Source: Eledone cirrhosa
Taxonomy: Eukaryota
Direction of reading: 5' to 3'
Assembly (NCBI GenBank): GCA_964016885.1
Contig: OZ024741.1
Location: 202,244,001 to 202,308,000 of the forward strand
DNA: 64,000 bases
This document shows positions 22,301-37,300 of the stretch, one piece after another. Each line of letters begins with the position of its first letter. The first letter of the stretch is position 1. Under the pieces are notes generated by a model. The model did not search any database and was not told the origin of the DNA. It saw only the letters and a list, made by a program, of their open reading frames with translations. Made by a program: the position numbers and the translations under genes.

Positions 22301-25300
22301 CCTGTCCTATAACCCCATTGGATGGTAAAGTAGCAGATGATGTTTGATAGTCTGATCCTGTCCTATAACCCCATTGGATGGTAAAGTAGCAGATGATGTT
22401 TGATAGTCTGATCCTGTCCTATAACCCCATTGGATGGTAAAGTAGCAGATGATGTTTGATAGTCTGATCCTGTCCTATAACCCCATTGGATGGTAAAGTA
22501 GCAGATGATGTTTGATAGTCTGATCCTGTCCTATAACCCCATTGGATGGTAAAGTAGCAGATGATGTTTGATAGTCTGATCCTGTCCTATAATCTCATTG
22601 GATGGTAAAGTAGCAGATGATGTTTGATAGTCTGATCCTGTCCTATAACCCCATTGGATGGTAAAGTAGCAGATGATGTTTGATAGTCTGATCCTGTCCT
22701 ATAACCCCATTGGATGGTAAAGTAGCAGATGATGTTTGATAGTCTGATCCTGTCCTATAACCCCATTGGATGGTAAAGTAGCAGATGATGTTTGATAGTC
22801 TGATCCTGTCCTATAATCTCATTGGATGGTAAAGTAGCAGATGATGTTTGATAGTCTGATCCTGTCCTATAACCCCATTGGATGGTAAAGTAGCAGATGA
22901 TGTTTGATAGTCTGATCCTGTCCTATAACCCCATTGGATGGTAAAGTAGCAGATGATGTTTGATAGTCTGATCCTGTCCTATAACCTCATTGGATGGTAA
23001 AGTAGCAGATGATGTTTGATAGTCTGATCCTGTCCTATAACCTCATTGGATGGTAAAGTAGCAGATGATGTTTGATAGTCTGATCCTGTCCTATAACCCC
23101 ATTGGATGGTAAAGTAGCAGATGATGTTTGATAGTCTGATCCTGTCCTATAACCTCATTGGATGGTAAAGTAGCAGATGATGTTTGATAGTCTGATCCTG
23201 TCCTATAACCCCATTGGATGGTAAAGTAGCAGATGATGTTTGATAGTCTGATCCTGTCCTATAACCTCATTGGATGGTAAAGTAGCAGATGATGTTTGAT
23301 AGTCTGATCCTGTCCTATAACCCCATTGGATGGTAAAGTAGCAGATGATGTTTGATAGTCTGATCCTGTCCTATAACCTCATTGGATGGTAAAGTAGCAG
23401 ATGATGTTTGATAGTCTGATCCTGTCCTATAACCCCATTGGATGGTAAAGTAGCAGATGATGTTTGATAGTCTGATCCTGTCCTATAATCTCATTGGATG
23501 GTAAAGTAGCAGATGATGTTTGATAGTCTGATCCTGTCCTATAACCCCATTGGATGGTAAAGTAGCAGATGATGTTTGATAGTCTGATCCTGTCCTATAA
23601 CCCCATTGGATGGTAAAGTAGCAGATGATGTTTGATAGTCTGATCCTGTCCTATAATCTCATTGGATGGTAAAGTAGCAGATGATGTTTGATAGTCTGAT
23701 CCTGTCCTATAACCCCATTGGATGGTAAAGTAGCAGATGATGTTTGATAGTCTGATCCTGTCCTATAATCTCATTGGATGGTAAAGTAGCAGATGATGTT
23801 TGATAGTCTGATCCAGTCCTATAACCTCATTGGATGGTAAAGTAGCAGATGATGTTTGATAGTCTGATCCTGTCCTATAATCTCATTGGATGGTAAAGTA
23901 GCAGATGATGTTTGATAGTCTGATCCAGTCCTATAACCTCATTGGATGGTAAAGTAGCAGATGATGTTTGATAGTCTGATCCTGTCCTATAACCCCATTG
24001 GATGGTAAAGTAGCAGATGATGTTTGATAGTTTGAGCCAGTCCTATAACCCCATTGGATGGTAAAGTAGCAGATGATGTTTGATAGTCTGATCCTGTCCT
24101 ATAATCTCATTGGATGGTAAAGTAGCAGATGATGTTTGATAGTCTGATCCTGTCCTATAACCCCATTGGATGGTAAAGTAGCAGATGATGTTTGATAGTC
24201 TGATCCTGTCCTATAATCTCATTGGATGGTAAAGTAGCAGATGATGTTTGATAGTCTGATCCTGTCCTATAACCCCATTGGATGGTAAAGTAGCAGATGA
24301 TGTTTGATAGTCTGATCCTGTCCTATAACCCCATTGGATGGTAAAGTAGCAGATGATGTTTGATAGTCTGATCCTGTCCTATAACCCCATTGGATGGTAA
24401 AGTAGCAGATGATGTTTGATAGTCTGATCCTGTCCTATAACCCCATTGGATGGTAAAGTAGCAGATGATGTTTGATAGTCTGATCCTGTCCTATAATCTC
24501 ATTGGATGGTAAAGTAGCAGATGATGTTTGATAGTCTGATCCTGTCCTATAACCTCATTGGATGGTAAAGTAGCAGATGATGTTTGATAGTCTGATCCTG
24601 TCCTATAACCCCATTGGATGGTAAAGTAGCAGATGATGTTTGATAGTCTGATCCTGTCCTATAATCTCATTGGATGGTAAAGTAGCAGATGATGTTTGAT
24701 AGTCTGATCCTGTCCTATAACCCATTGGATGGTAAAGTAGCAGATGATGTTTGATAGTCTGATCCTGTCCTATAACCTCATTGGATGGTAAAGTAGCAGA
24801 TGATGTTTGATAGTCTGATCCTGTCCTATAACCCCATTGGATGGTAAAGTAGCAGATGATGTTTGATAGTCTGATCCTGTCCTATAATCTCATTGGATGG
24901 TAAAGTAGCAGATGATGTTTGATAGTCTGATCCTGTCCTATAACCCCATTGGATGGTAAAGTAGCAGATGATGTTTGATAGTCTGATCCTGTCCTATAAC
25001 CCCATTGGATGGTAAAGTAGCAGATGATGTTTGATAGTCTGATCCTGTCCTATAATCTCATTGGATGGTAAAGTAGCAGATGATGTTTGATAGTCTGATC
25101 CTGTCCTATAACCCATTGGATGGTAAAGTAGCAGATGATGTTTGATAGTCTGATCCTGTCCTATAACCCCATTGGATGTAAAGTAGCAGATGATGTTTGA
25201 TAGTCTGATCCTGTCCTATAATCTCATTGGATGGTAAAGTAGCAGATGATGTTTGATAGTCTGATCCTGTCCTATAACCCCATTGGATGGTAAAGTAGCA

Positions 25301-28300
25301 GATGATGTTTGATAGTCTGATCCTGTCCTATAACCCCATTGGATGGTAAAGTAGCAGATGATGTTTGATAGTCTGATCCTGTCCTATAATCTCATTGGAT
25401 GGTAAAGTAGCAGATGATGTTTGATAGTCTGATCCTGTCCTATAACCCCATTGGATGGTAAAGTAGCAGATGATGTTTGATAGTCTGATCCTGTCCTATA
25501 ACCCCATTGGATGGTAAAGTAGCAGATGATGTTTGATAGTCTGATCCTGTCCTATAATCTCATTGGATGGTAAAGTAGCAGATGATGTTTGATAGTCTGA
25601 TCCTGTCCTATAACCCCATTGGATGGTAAAGTAGCAGATGATGTTTGATAGTCTGATCCTGTCCTATAACCCCATTGGATGGTAAAGTAGCAGATGATGT
25701 TTGATAGTCTGATCCTGTCCTATAATCTCATTGGATGGTAAAGTAGCAGATGATGTTTGATAGTCTGATCCTGTCCTATAACCCCATTGGATGGTAAAGT
25801 AGCAGATGATGTTTGATAGTCTGATCCTGTCCTATAATCTCATTGGATGGTAAAGTAGCAGATGATGTTTGATAGTCTGATCCTGTCCTATAACCCCATT
25901 GGATGGTAAAGTAGCAGATGATGTTTGATAGTCTGATCCTGTCCTATAACCCCATTGGATGGTAAAGTAGCAGATGATGTTTGATAGTCTGATCCTGTCC
26001 TATAATCTCATTGGATGGTAAAGTAGCAGATGATGTTTGATAGTCTGATCCTGTCCTATAACCCCATTGGATGGTAAAGTAGCAGATGATGTTTGATAGT
26101 CTGATCCTGTCCTATAACCCCATTGGATGGTAAAGTAGCAGATGATGTTTGATAGTCTGATCCTGTCCTATAACCCATTGGATGGTAAAGTAGCAGATGA
26201 TGTTTGATAGTCTGATCCTGTCCTATAATCTCATTGGATGGTAAAGTAGCAGATGATGTTTGATAGTCTGATCCTGTCCTATAACCCATTGGATGGTAAA
26301 GTAGCAGATGATGTTTGATAGTCTGATCCAGTCCTATAACCTCATTGGATGGTAAAGTAGCAGATGATGTTTGATAGTCTGATCCTGTCCTATAACCCCA
26401 TTGGATGGTAAAGTAGCAGATGATGTTTGATAGTCTGATCCAGTCCTATAACCCCATTGGATGGTAAAGTAGCAGATGATGTTTGATAGTCTGATCCTGT
26501 CCTATAATCTCATTGGATGGTAAAGTAGCAGATGATGTTTGATAGTCTGATCCTGTCCTATAACCCCATTGGATGGTAAAGTAGCAGATGATGTTTGATA
26601 GTCTGATCCAGTCCTATAACCCCATTGGATGGTAAAGTAGCAGATGATGTTTGATAGTCTGATCCTGTCCTATAATCTCATTGGATGGTAAAGTAGCAGA
26701 TGATGTTTGATAGTCTGATCCTGTCCTATAACCCCATTGGATGGTAAAGTAGCAGATGATGTTTGATAGTCTGATCCAGTCCTATAACCCCATTGGATGG
26801 TAAAGTAGCAGATGATGTTTGATAGTCTGATCCTGTCCTATAATCTCATTGGATGGTAAAGTAGCAGATGATGTTTGATAGTCTGATCCAGTCCTATAAT
26901 CTCATTGGATGGTAAAGTAGCAGATGATGTTTGATAGTCTGATCCTGTCCTATAACCCCATTGGATGGTAAAGTAGCAGATGATGTTTGATAGTCTGATC
27001 CTGACCTATAACCCCATTGGATGGTAAAGTAGCAGATGATGTTTGATAGTCTGATCCTGTCCTATAACCTCATTGGATGGTAAAGTAGCAGATGATGTTT
27101 GATAGTCTGATCCTGTCCTATAACCCATTGGATGGTAAAGTAGCAGATGATGTTTGATAGTCTGATCCTGTCCTATAATCTCATTGGATGGTAAAGTAGC
27201 AGATGATGTTTGATAGTCTGATCCTGTCCTATAATCTCATTGGATGGTAAAGTAGCAGATGATGTTTGATAGTCTGATCCTGTCCTATAACCCATTGGAT
27301 GGTAAAGTAGCAGATGATGTTTGATAGTCTGATCCTGTCCTATAACCCCATTGGATGGTAAAGTAGCAGATGATGTTTGATAGTCTGATCCAGTCCTATA
27401 ACCCCATTGGATGGTAAAGTAGCAGATGATGTTTGATAGTCTGATCCTGTCCTATAATCTCATTGGATGGTAAAGTAGCAGATGATGTTTGATAGTCTGA
27501 TCCTGTCCTATAACCTCATTGGATGGTAAAGTAGCAGATGATGTTTGATAGTCTGATCCTGTCCTATAACCCCATTGGATGGTAAAGTAGCAGATGATGT
27601 TTGATAGTCTGATCCTGTCCTATAATCTCATTGGATGGTAAAGTAGCAGATGATGTTTGATAGTCTGATCCTGTCCTATAACCCCATTGGATGGTAAAGT
27701 AGCAGATGATGTTTGATAGTTTGATCCTGTCCTATAACCCCATTGGATGGTAAAGTAGCAGATGATGTTTGATAGTCTGATCCTGTCCTATAACCCCATT
27801 GGATGGTAAAGTAGCAGATGATGTTTGATAGTCTGATCCTGTCCTATAACCCCATTGGATGGTAAAGTAGCAGATGATGTTTGATAGTCTGATCCTGTCC
27901 TATAACCCCATTGGATGGTAAAGTAGCAGATGATGTTTGATAGTCTGATCCTGTCCTATAATCTCATTGGATGGTAAAGTAGCAGATGATGTTTGATAGT
28001 CTGATCCTGTCCTATAATCTCATTGGATGGTAAAGTAGCAGATGATGTTTGATAGTCTGATCCTGTCCTATAATCTCATTGGATGGTAAAGTAGCAGATG
28101 ATGTTTGATAGTCTGATCCTGTCCTATAACCCCATTGGATGGTAAAGTAGCAGATGATGTTTGATAGTTTGAGCCAGTCCTATAATCTCATTGGATGGTA
28201 AAGTAGCAGATGATGTTTGATAGTCTGATCCTGTCCTATAACCCCATTGGATGGTAAAGTAGCAGATGATGTTTGATAGTTTGAGCCAGTCCTATAATCT

Positions 28301-31300
28301 CATTGGATGGTAAAGTAGCAGATGATGTTTGATAGTCTGATCCTGTCCTATAACCCCATTGGATGGTAAAGTAGCAGATGATGTTTGATAGTCTGATCCT
28401 GTCCTATAACCCCATTGGATGGTAAAGTAGCAGATGATGTTTGATAGTTTGAGCCAGTCCTATAATCTCATTGGATGGTAAAGTAGCAGATGATGTTTGA
28501 TAGTCTGATCCTGTCCTATAACCCCATTGGATGGTAAAGTAGCAGATGATGTTTGATAGTCTGATCCTGTCCTATAACCCATTGGATGGTAAAGTAGCAG
28601 ATGATGTTTGATAGTTTGAGCCAGTCCTATAATCTCATTGGATGGTAAAGTAGCAGATGATGTTTGATAGTCTGATCCTGTCCTATAACCCCATTGGATG
28701 GTAAAGTAGCAGATGATGTTTGATAGTCTGATCCAGTCCTATAATCTCATTGGATGGTAAAGTAGCAGATGATGTTTGATAGTCTGATCCTGTCCTATAA
28801 TCTCATTGGATGGTAAAGTAGCAGATGATGTTTGATAGTCTGATCCTGTCCTATAATCTCATTGGATGGTAAAGTAGCAGATGATGTTTGATAGTCTGAT
28901 CCTGTCCTATAACCTCATTGGATGGTAAAGTAGCAGATGATGTTTGATAGTCTGATCCTGTCCTATAACCCCATTGGATGGTAAAGTAGCAGATGATGTT
29001 TGATAGTCTGATCCTGTCCTATAATCTCATTGGATGGTAAAGTAGCAGATGATGTTTGATAGTCTGATCCTGTCCTATAACCCCATTGGATGGTAAAGTA
29101 GCAGATGATGTTTGATAGTCTGATCCTGTCCTATAATCTCATTGGATGGTAAAGTAGCAGATGATGTTTGATAGTCTGATCCTGTCCTATAACCCCATTG
29201 GATGGTAAAGTAGCAGATGATGTTTGATAGTCTGATCCAGTCCTATAACCCCATTGGATGGTAAAGTAGCAGATGATGTTTGATAGTCTGATCCTGTCCT
29301 ATAATCTCATTGGATGGTAAAGTAGCAGATGATGTTTGATAGTCTGATCCTGTCCTATAACCCCATTGGATGGTAAAGTAGCAGATGATGTTTGATAGTC
29401 TGATCCTGTCCTATAACCCCATTGGATGGTAAAGTAGCAGATGATGTTTGATAGTCTGATCCTGTCCTATAATCTCATTGGATGGTAAAGTAGCAGATGA
29501 TGTTTGATAGTCTGATCCTGTCCTATAACCTCATTGGATGGTAAAGTAGCAGATGATGTTTGATAGTCTGATCCTGTCCTATAACCCCATTGGATGGTAA
29601 AGTAGCAGATGATGTTTGATAGTCTGATCTGTCCTATAACCCCATTGGATGGTAAAGTAGCAGATGATGTTTGATAGTCTGATCCTGTCCTATAATCTCA
29701 TTGGATGGTAAAGTAGCAGATGATGTTTGATAGTCTGATCCTGTCCTATAACCCCATTGGATGGTAAAGTAGCAGATGATGTTTGATAGTCTGATCCAGT
29801 CCTATAATCTCATTGGATGGTAAAGTAGCAGATGATGTTTGATAGTCTGATCCTGTCCTATAATCTCATTGGATGGTAAAGTAGCAGATGATGTTTGATA
29901 GTCTGATCCTGTCCTATAATCTCATTGGATGGTAAAGTAGCAGATGATGTTTGATAGTCTGATCCTGTCCTATAACCTCATTGGATGGTAAAGTAGCAGA
30001 TGATGTTTGATAGTCTGATCCTGTCCTATAACCCCATTGGATGGTAAAGTAGCAGATGATGTTTGATAGTCTGATCCTGTCCTATAATCTCATTGGATGG
30101 TAAAGTAGCAGATGATGTTTGATAGTCTGATCCTGTCCTATAATCTCATTGGATGGTAAAGTAGCAGATGATGTTTGATAGTCTGATCCTGTCCTATAAC
30201 CCCATTGGATGGTAAAGTAGCAGATGTTGTTTGATAGTCTGATCCTGTCCTATAATCTCATTGGATGGTAAAGTAGCAGATGATGTTTGATAGTCTGATC
30301 CTGTCCTATAACCCCATTGGATGGTAAAGTAGCAGATGATGTTTGATAGTCTGATCCAGTCCTATAACCCCATTGGATGGTAAAGTAGCAGATGATGTTT
30401 GATAGTCTGATCCTGTCCTATAATCTCATTGGATGGTAAAGTAGCAGATGATGTTTGATAGTCTGATCCAGTCCTATAACCCATTGGATGGTAAAGTAGC
30501 AGATGATGTTTGATAGTCTGATCCTGTCCTATAACCCCATTGGATGGTAAAGTAGCAGATGATGTTTGATAGTCTGATCCTGTCCTATAACCCATTGGAT
30601 GGTAAAGTAGCAGATGATGTTTGATAGTCTGATCCTGTCCTATAACCCATTGGATGGTAAAGTAGCAGATGATGTTTGATAGTCTGATCCTGTCCTATAA
30701 CCTCATTGGATGGTAAAGTAGCAGATGATGTTTGATAGTCTGATCCTGTCCTATNNNNNNNNNNNNNNNNNNNNNNNNNNNNNNNNNNNNNNNNNNNNNN
30801 NNNNNNNNNNNNNNNNNNNNNNNNNNNNNNNNNNNNNNNNNNNNNNNNNNNNNNNNNNNNNNNNNNNNNNNNNNNNNNNNNNNNNNNNNNNNNNNNNNNN
30901 NNNNNNNNNNNNNNNNNNNNNNNNNNNNNNNNNNNNNNNNNNNNNNNNNNNNNNTTAATAATCTGATCCTGTCCTATAATCTCATTGGATGGTAAAGTAG
31001 CAGATGATGTTTGATAATCTGATCCTGTCCTATAATCTCATTGGATGGTAAAGTAGCAGATGATGTTTGATAATCTGATCCTGTCCTATAATCTCATTGG
31101 ATGGTAAAGTAGCAGATGATGTTTGATAATCTGATCCTGTCCTATAATCTCATTGGATGGTAAAGTAGCAGATGATGTTTGATAGTCTGATCCTGTCCTA
31201 TAATCTCATTGGATGGTAAAGTAGCAGATGATGTTTGATAGTCTGATCCTGTCCTATAACCCCATTGGATGGTAAAGTAGCAGATGATGTTTGATAGTCT

Positions 31301-34300
31301 GATCCTGTCCTATAACCCCATTGGATGGTAAAGTAGCAGATGATGTTTGATAGTCTGATCCTGTCCTATAACCCCATTGGATGGTAAAGTAGCAGATGAT
31401 GTTTGATAGTCTGATCCTGTCCTATAATCTCATTGGATGGTAAAGTAGCAGATGATGTTTAATAGTCTGATCCTGTCCTATAATCTCATTGGATGGTAAA
31501 GTAGCAGATGATGTTTGATAGTCTGATCCTGTCCTATAACCCCATTGGATGGTAAAGTAGCAGATGATGTTTGATAGTCTGATCCTGTCCTATAATCTCA
31601 TTGGATGGTAAAGTAGCAGATGATGTTTGATAATCTGATCCTGTCCTATAATCTCATTGGATGGTAAAGTAGCAGATGATGTTTGATAGTCTGATCCTGT
31701 CCTATAATCTCATTGGATGGTAAAGTAGCAGATGATGTTTGATAGTCTGATCCTGTCCTATAACCCCATTGGATGGTAAAGTAGCAGATGATGTTTGATA
31801 GTCTGATCCAGTCCTATAATCTCATTGGATGGTAAAGTAGCAGATGATGTTTGATAGTCTGATCCTGTCCTATAACCCCATTGGATGGTAAAGTAGCAGA
31901 TGATGTTTGATAGTCTGATCCTGTCCTATAATCTCATTGGATGGTAAAGTAGCAGATGATGTTTGATAGTCTGATCCTGTCCTATAATCTCATTGGATGG
32001 TAAAGTAGCAGATGATGTTTGATAGTCTGATCCTGTCCTATAATCTCATTGGATGGTAAAGTAGCAGATGATGTTTAATAGTCTGATCCTGTCCTATAAT
32101 CTCATTGGATGGTAAAGTAGCAGATGATGTTTGATAGTCTGATCCTGTCCTATAACCCCATTGGATGGTAAAGTAGCAGATGATGTTTGATAGTCTGATC
32201 CTGTCCTATAATCTCATTGGATGGTAAAGTAGCAGATGATGTTTGATAGTCTGATCCTGTCCTATAACCCCATTGGATGGTAAAGTAGCAGATGATGTTT
32301 AATAATCTGATCCTGTCCTATAATCTCATTGGATGGTAAAGTAGCAGATGATGTTTGATAGTCTGATCCTGTCCTATAACCCCATTGGATGGTAAAGTAG
32401 CAGATGATGTTTGATAGTCTGATCCTGTCCTATAATCTCATTGGATGGTAAAGTAGCAGATGATGTTTGATAGTCTGATCCTGTCCTATAATCTCATTGG
32501 ATGGTAAAGTAGCAGATGATGTTTAATAGTCTGATCCTGTCCTATAATCTCATTGGATGGTAAAGTAGCAGATGATGTTTGATAGTCTGATCCTGTCCTA
32601 TAACCCCATTGGATGGTAAAGTAGCAGATGATGTTTGATAGTCTGATCCTGTCCTATAACCCCATTGGATGGTAAAGTAGCAGATGATGTTTGATAGTCT
32701 GATCCTGTCCTATAACCCCCATTGGATGGTAAAGTAGCAGATGATGTTTAATAGTCTGATCCTGTCCTATAATCTCATTGGATGGTAAAGTAGCAGATGA
32801 TGTTTGATAGTCTGATCCTGTCCTATAATCTCATTGGATGGTAAAGTAGCAGATGATGTTTGATAGTCTGATCCTGTCCTATAACCCCATTGGATGGTAA
32901 AGTAGCAGATGATGTTTGATAGTCTGATCCTGTCCTATAACCCCATTGGATGGTAAAGTAGCAGATGATGTTTAATAGTCTGATCCTGTCCTATAATCTC
33001 ATTGGATGGTAAAGTAGCAGATGATGTTTGATAGTCTGATCCTGTCCTATAATCTCATTGGATGGTAAAGTAGCAGATGATGTTTGATAATCTGATCCTG
33101 TCCTATAATCTCATTGGATGGTAAAGTAGCAGATGATGTTTGATAATCTGATCCTGTCCTATAATCTCATTGGATGGTAAAGTAGCAGATGATGTTTGAT
33201 AGTCTGATCCTGTCCTATAATCTCATTGGATGGTAAAGTAGCAGATGATGTTTGATAGTCTGATCCTGTCCTATAACCCCATTGGATGGTAAAGTAGCAG
33301 ATGATGTTTGATAGTCTGATCCTGTCCTATAACCCCATTGGATGGTAAAGTAGCAGATGATGTTTAATAGTCTGATCCTGTCCTATAATCTCATTGGATG
33401 GTAAAGTAGCAGATGATGTTTGATAGTCTGATCCTGTCCTATAATCTCATTGGATGGTAAAGTAGCAGATGATGTTTGATAGTCTGATCCTGTCCTATAA
33501 TCTCATTGGATGATAAAGTAGCAGATGATGTTTAATAATCTGATCCTGTCCTATAATCTCATTGGATGGTAAAGTAGCAGATGATGTTTGATAGTCTGAT
33601 CCTGTCCTATAATCTCATTGGATGGTAAAGTAGCAGATGATGTTTGATAGTCTGATCCTGTCCTATAATCTCATTGGATGGTAAAGTAGCAGATGATGTT
33701 TGATAGTCTGATCCTGTCCTATAATCTCATTGGATGATAAAGTAGCAGATGATGTTTAATAATCTGATCCTGTCCTATAATCTCATTGGATGGTAAAGTA
33801 GCAGATGATGTTTGATAGTCTGATCCTGTCCTATAATCTCATTGGATGGTAAAGTAGCAGATGATGTTTGATAGTCTGATCCTGTCCTATAATCTCATTG
33901 GATGGTAAAGTAGCAGATGATGTTTGATAGTCTGATCCTGTCCTATAACCCCATTGGATGGTAAAGTAGCAGATGATGTTTGATAGTCTGATCCTGTCCT
34001 ATAATCTCATTGGAAGCAGATGATGTTTGATAGTCTGATCCTGTCCATATAATCTCATTGGATGGTTCTAACAAAGTAGCAGATGATTGTTTGATAGGCT
34101 GTTCCTGTCCTATAATCTCATTGCGATGGTTGTTAAAGTAGCAGTATGATGTTTGATAGTCACTGTCCTATAACCATTGGTCGGGTAAAAGTAGCTGATG
34201 ATGTTTGATAGTCTGATCCTGTCCTATAATCTCATTGGATGGTAAAGTAGCAGATGATGTTTGATAGTCTGATCCTGTCCTATAACCCCATTGGATGGTA

Positions 34301-37300
34301 AAGTAGCAGATGATGTTTGATAGTCTGATCCTGTCCTATAACTCATTGGATGGTAAAGTAGCAGATGATGTTTGATAGTCTGATCCTGTCCTATAATCCA
34401 TTGGATGGTAAAGTAGCAGATGATGTTTGATAGTCTGATCCTGTCCTATAATCTCATTGGATGGTAAAGTAGCAGATGATGTTTGATAGTCTGATCCTGT
34501 CCTATAATCTCATTGGATGGTAAAGTAGCAGATGATGTTTGATAGTCTGATCCTGTCCTATAATCTCATTGGATGGTAAAGTAGCAGATGATGTTTGATA
34601 GTCTGATCCTGTCCTATAATCTCATTGGATGGTAAAGTAGCAGATGATGTTTGATAGTCTGATCCTGTCCTATAATCTCATTGGATGGTAAAGTAGCAGA
34701 TGATGTTTGATAGTCTGATCCTGTCCTATAATCTCATTGGATGGTAAAGTAGCAGATGATGTTTGATAGTCTGATCCTGTCCTATAATCTCATTGGATGG
34801 TAAAGTAGCAGATGATGTTTGATAGTCTGATCCTGTCCTATAATCTCATTGGATGGTAAAGTAGCAGATGATGTTTGATAGTCTGATCCTGTCCTATAAT
34901 CTCAATTGGATGGTAAAGTAGCAGATGATGTTTGATAGTCTGATCCTGTCCTATAATCTCATTGGATGGTAAAGTAGCAGATGATGTTTGATAGTCTGAT
35001 CCTGTCCTATAATCTCATTGGATGGTAAAGTAGCAGATGATGTTTGATAGTCTGATCCTGTCCTATAATCTCATTGGATGGTAAAGTAGCAGATGATGTT
35101 TGATAGTCTGATCCTGTCCTATAATCTCATTGGATGATAAAGTAGCAGATGATGTTTAATAATCTGATCCTGTCCTATAATCTCATTGGATGGTAAAGTA
35201 GCAGATGATGTTTGATAGTCTGATCCTGTCCTATAATCTCATTGGATGGTAAAGTAGCAGATGATGTTTGATAGTCTGATCCTGTCCTATAATCTCATTG
35301 GATGGTAAAGTAGCAGATGATGTTTGATAGTCTGATCCTGTCCTATAATCTCATTGGATGGTAAAGTAGCAGATGATGTTTGATAGTCTGATCCTGTCCT
35401 ATAATCTCATTGGATGGTAAAGTAGCAGATGATGTTTGATAGTCTGATCCTGTCCTATAATCTCATTGGATGGATAAAGTAGCAGATGATGTTTAATAAT
35501 CTGATCCTGTCCTATAATCTCATTGGATGGTAAAGTAGCAGATGATGTTTGATAGTCTGATCCTGTCCTATAATCTCATTGGATGGTAAAGTAGCAGATG
35601 ATGTTTGATAGTCTGATCCTGTCCTATAATCTCATTGGATGGTAAAGTAGCAGATGATGTTTGATAGTCTGATCCTGTCCTATAATCTCATTGGATGGTA
35701 AAGTAGCAGATGATGTTTAATAATCTGATCCTGTCCTATAATCTCATTGGATGGTAAAGTAGCAGATGATGTTTGATAGTCTGATCCAGTCCTATAATCT
35801 CATTGGATGGTAAAGTAGCAGATGATGTTTGATAGTCTGATCCTGTCCTATAATCTCATTGGATGGTAAAGTAGCAGATGATGTTTGATAGTCTGATCCT
35901 GTCCTATAACCCCATTGGATGGTAAAGTAGCAGATGATGTTTGATAATCTGATCCTGTCCTATAATCTCATTGGATGGTAAAGTAGCAGATGATGTTTGA
36001 TAGTCTGATCCTGTCCTATAATCTCATTGGATGGTAAAGTAGCAGATGATGTTTGATAGTCTGATCCTGTCCTATAACCTCATTGGATGGTAAAGTAGCA
36101 GATGATGTTTGATAGTCTGATCCTGTCCTATAATCTCATTGGATGGTAAAGTAGCAGATGATGTTTGATAGTCTGATCCTGTCCTATAACCCCATTGGAT
36201 GGTAAAGTAGCAGATGATGTTTTAATAATCTGATCCTGTCCTATAATCTCATTGGATGGTAAAGTAGCAGATGATGTTTGATAGTCTGATCCTGTCCTAT
36301 AACCTCATTGGATGGTAAAGTAGCAGATGATGTTTGATAGTCTGATCCTGTCCTATAATCTCATTGGATGGTAAAGTAGCAGATGATGTTTGATAGTCTG
36401 ATCCTGTCCTATAACCCCATTGGATGGTAAAGTAGCAGATGATGTTTAATAATCTGATCCTGTCCTATAATCTCATTGGATGGTAAAGTAGCAGATGATG
36501 TTTGATAGTCTGATCCTGTCCTATAATCTCATTGGATGGTAAAGTAGCAGATGATGTTTGATAGTCTGATCCTGTCCTATAATCTCATTGGATGGTAAAG
36601 TAGCAGATGATGTTTGATAGTCTGATCCTGTCCTATAACCCCATTGGATGGTAAAGTAGCAGATGATGTTTGATAGTCTGATCCTGTCCTATAATCTCAT
36701 TGGATGGTAAAGTAGCAGATGATGTTTGATAGTCTGATCCTGTCCTATAATCTCATTGGATGGTAAAGTAGCAGATGATGTTTGATAGTCTGATCCTGTC
36801 CTATAACCCCATTGGATGGTAAAGTAGCAGATGATGTTTAATAGTCTGATCCTGTCCTATAATCTCATTGGATGGTAAAGTAGCAGATGATGTTTGATAG
36901 TCTGATCCTGTCCTATAATCTCATTGGATGGTAAAGTAGCAGATGATGTTTGATAGTCTGATCCTGTCCTATAATCTCATTGGATGGTAAAGTAGCAGAT
37001 GATGTTTGATAGTCTGATCCTGTCCTATAATCTCATTGGATGGTAAAGTAGCAGATGATGTTTGATAGTCTGATCCTGTCCTATAATCTCATTGGATGGT
37101 AAAGTAGCAGATGATGTTTGATAGTCTGATCCTGTCCTATAATCTCATTGGATGGTAAAGTAGCAGATGATGTTTAATAATCTGATCCTGTCCTATAATC
37201 TCATTGGATGGTAAAGTAGCAGATGATGTTTGATAGTCTGATCCCTGTCCTATAATCTCATTGGATGGTAAAGTAGCAGATGATGTTTGATAGTCTGATC

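Noticed and set aside
26056-30595. 77-aa minus-strand ORFs at 26056-26289 and 30362-30595
   Set aside because: The 56-bp unit is not a multiple of 3 and hits stops regularly. These ORFs exist only because of CCCC-to-CCC deletions, which cluster toward the contig end and look like homopolymer errors.
30725-30958. ORF of X residues
   Set aside because: Artefact of the N gap.
34010-34200. Highly diverged monomers, possibly an old core or an insertion
   Set aside because: Scattered indels in 3-4 consecutive units within otherwise clean sequence look like a low-coverage long-read consensus error. Read support is needed before treating this as biology.
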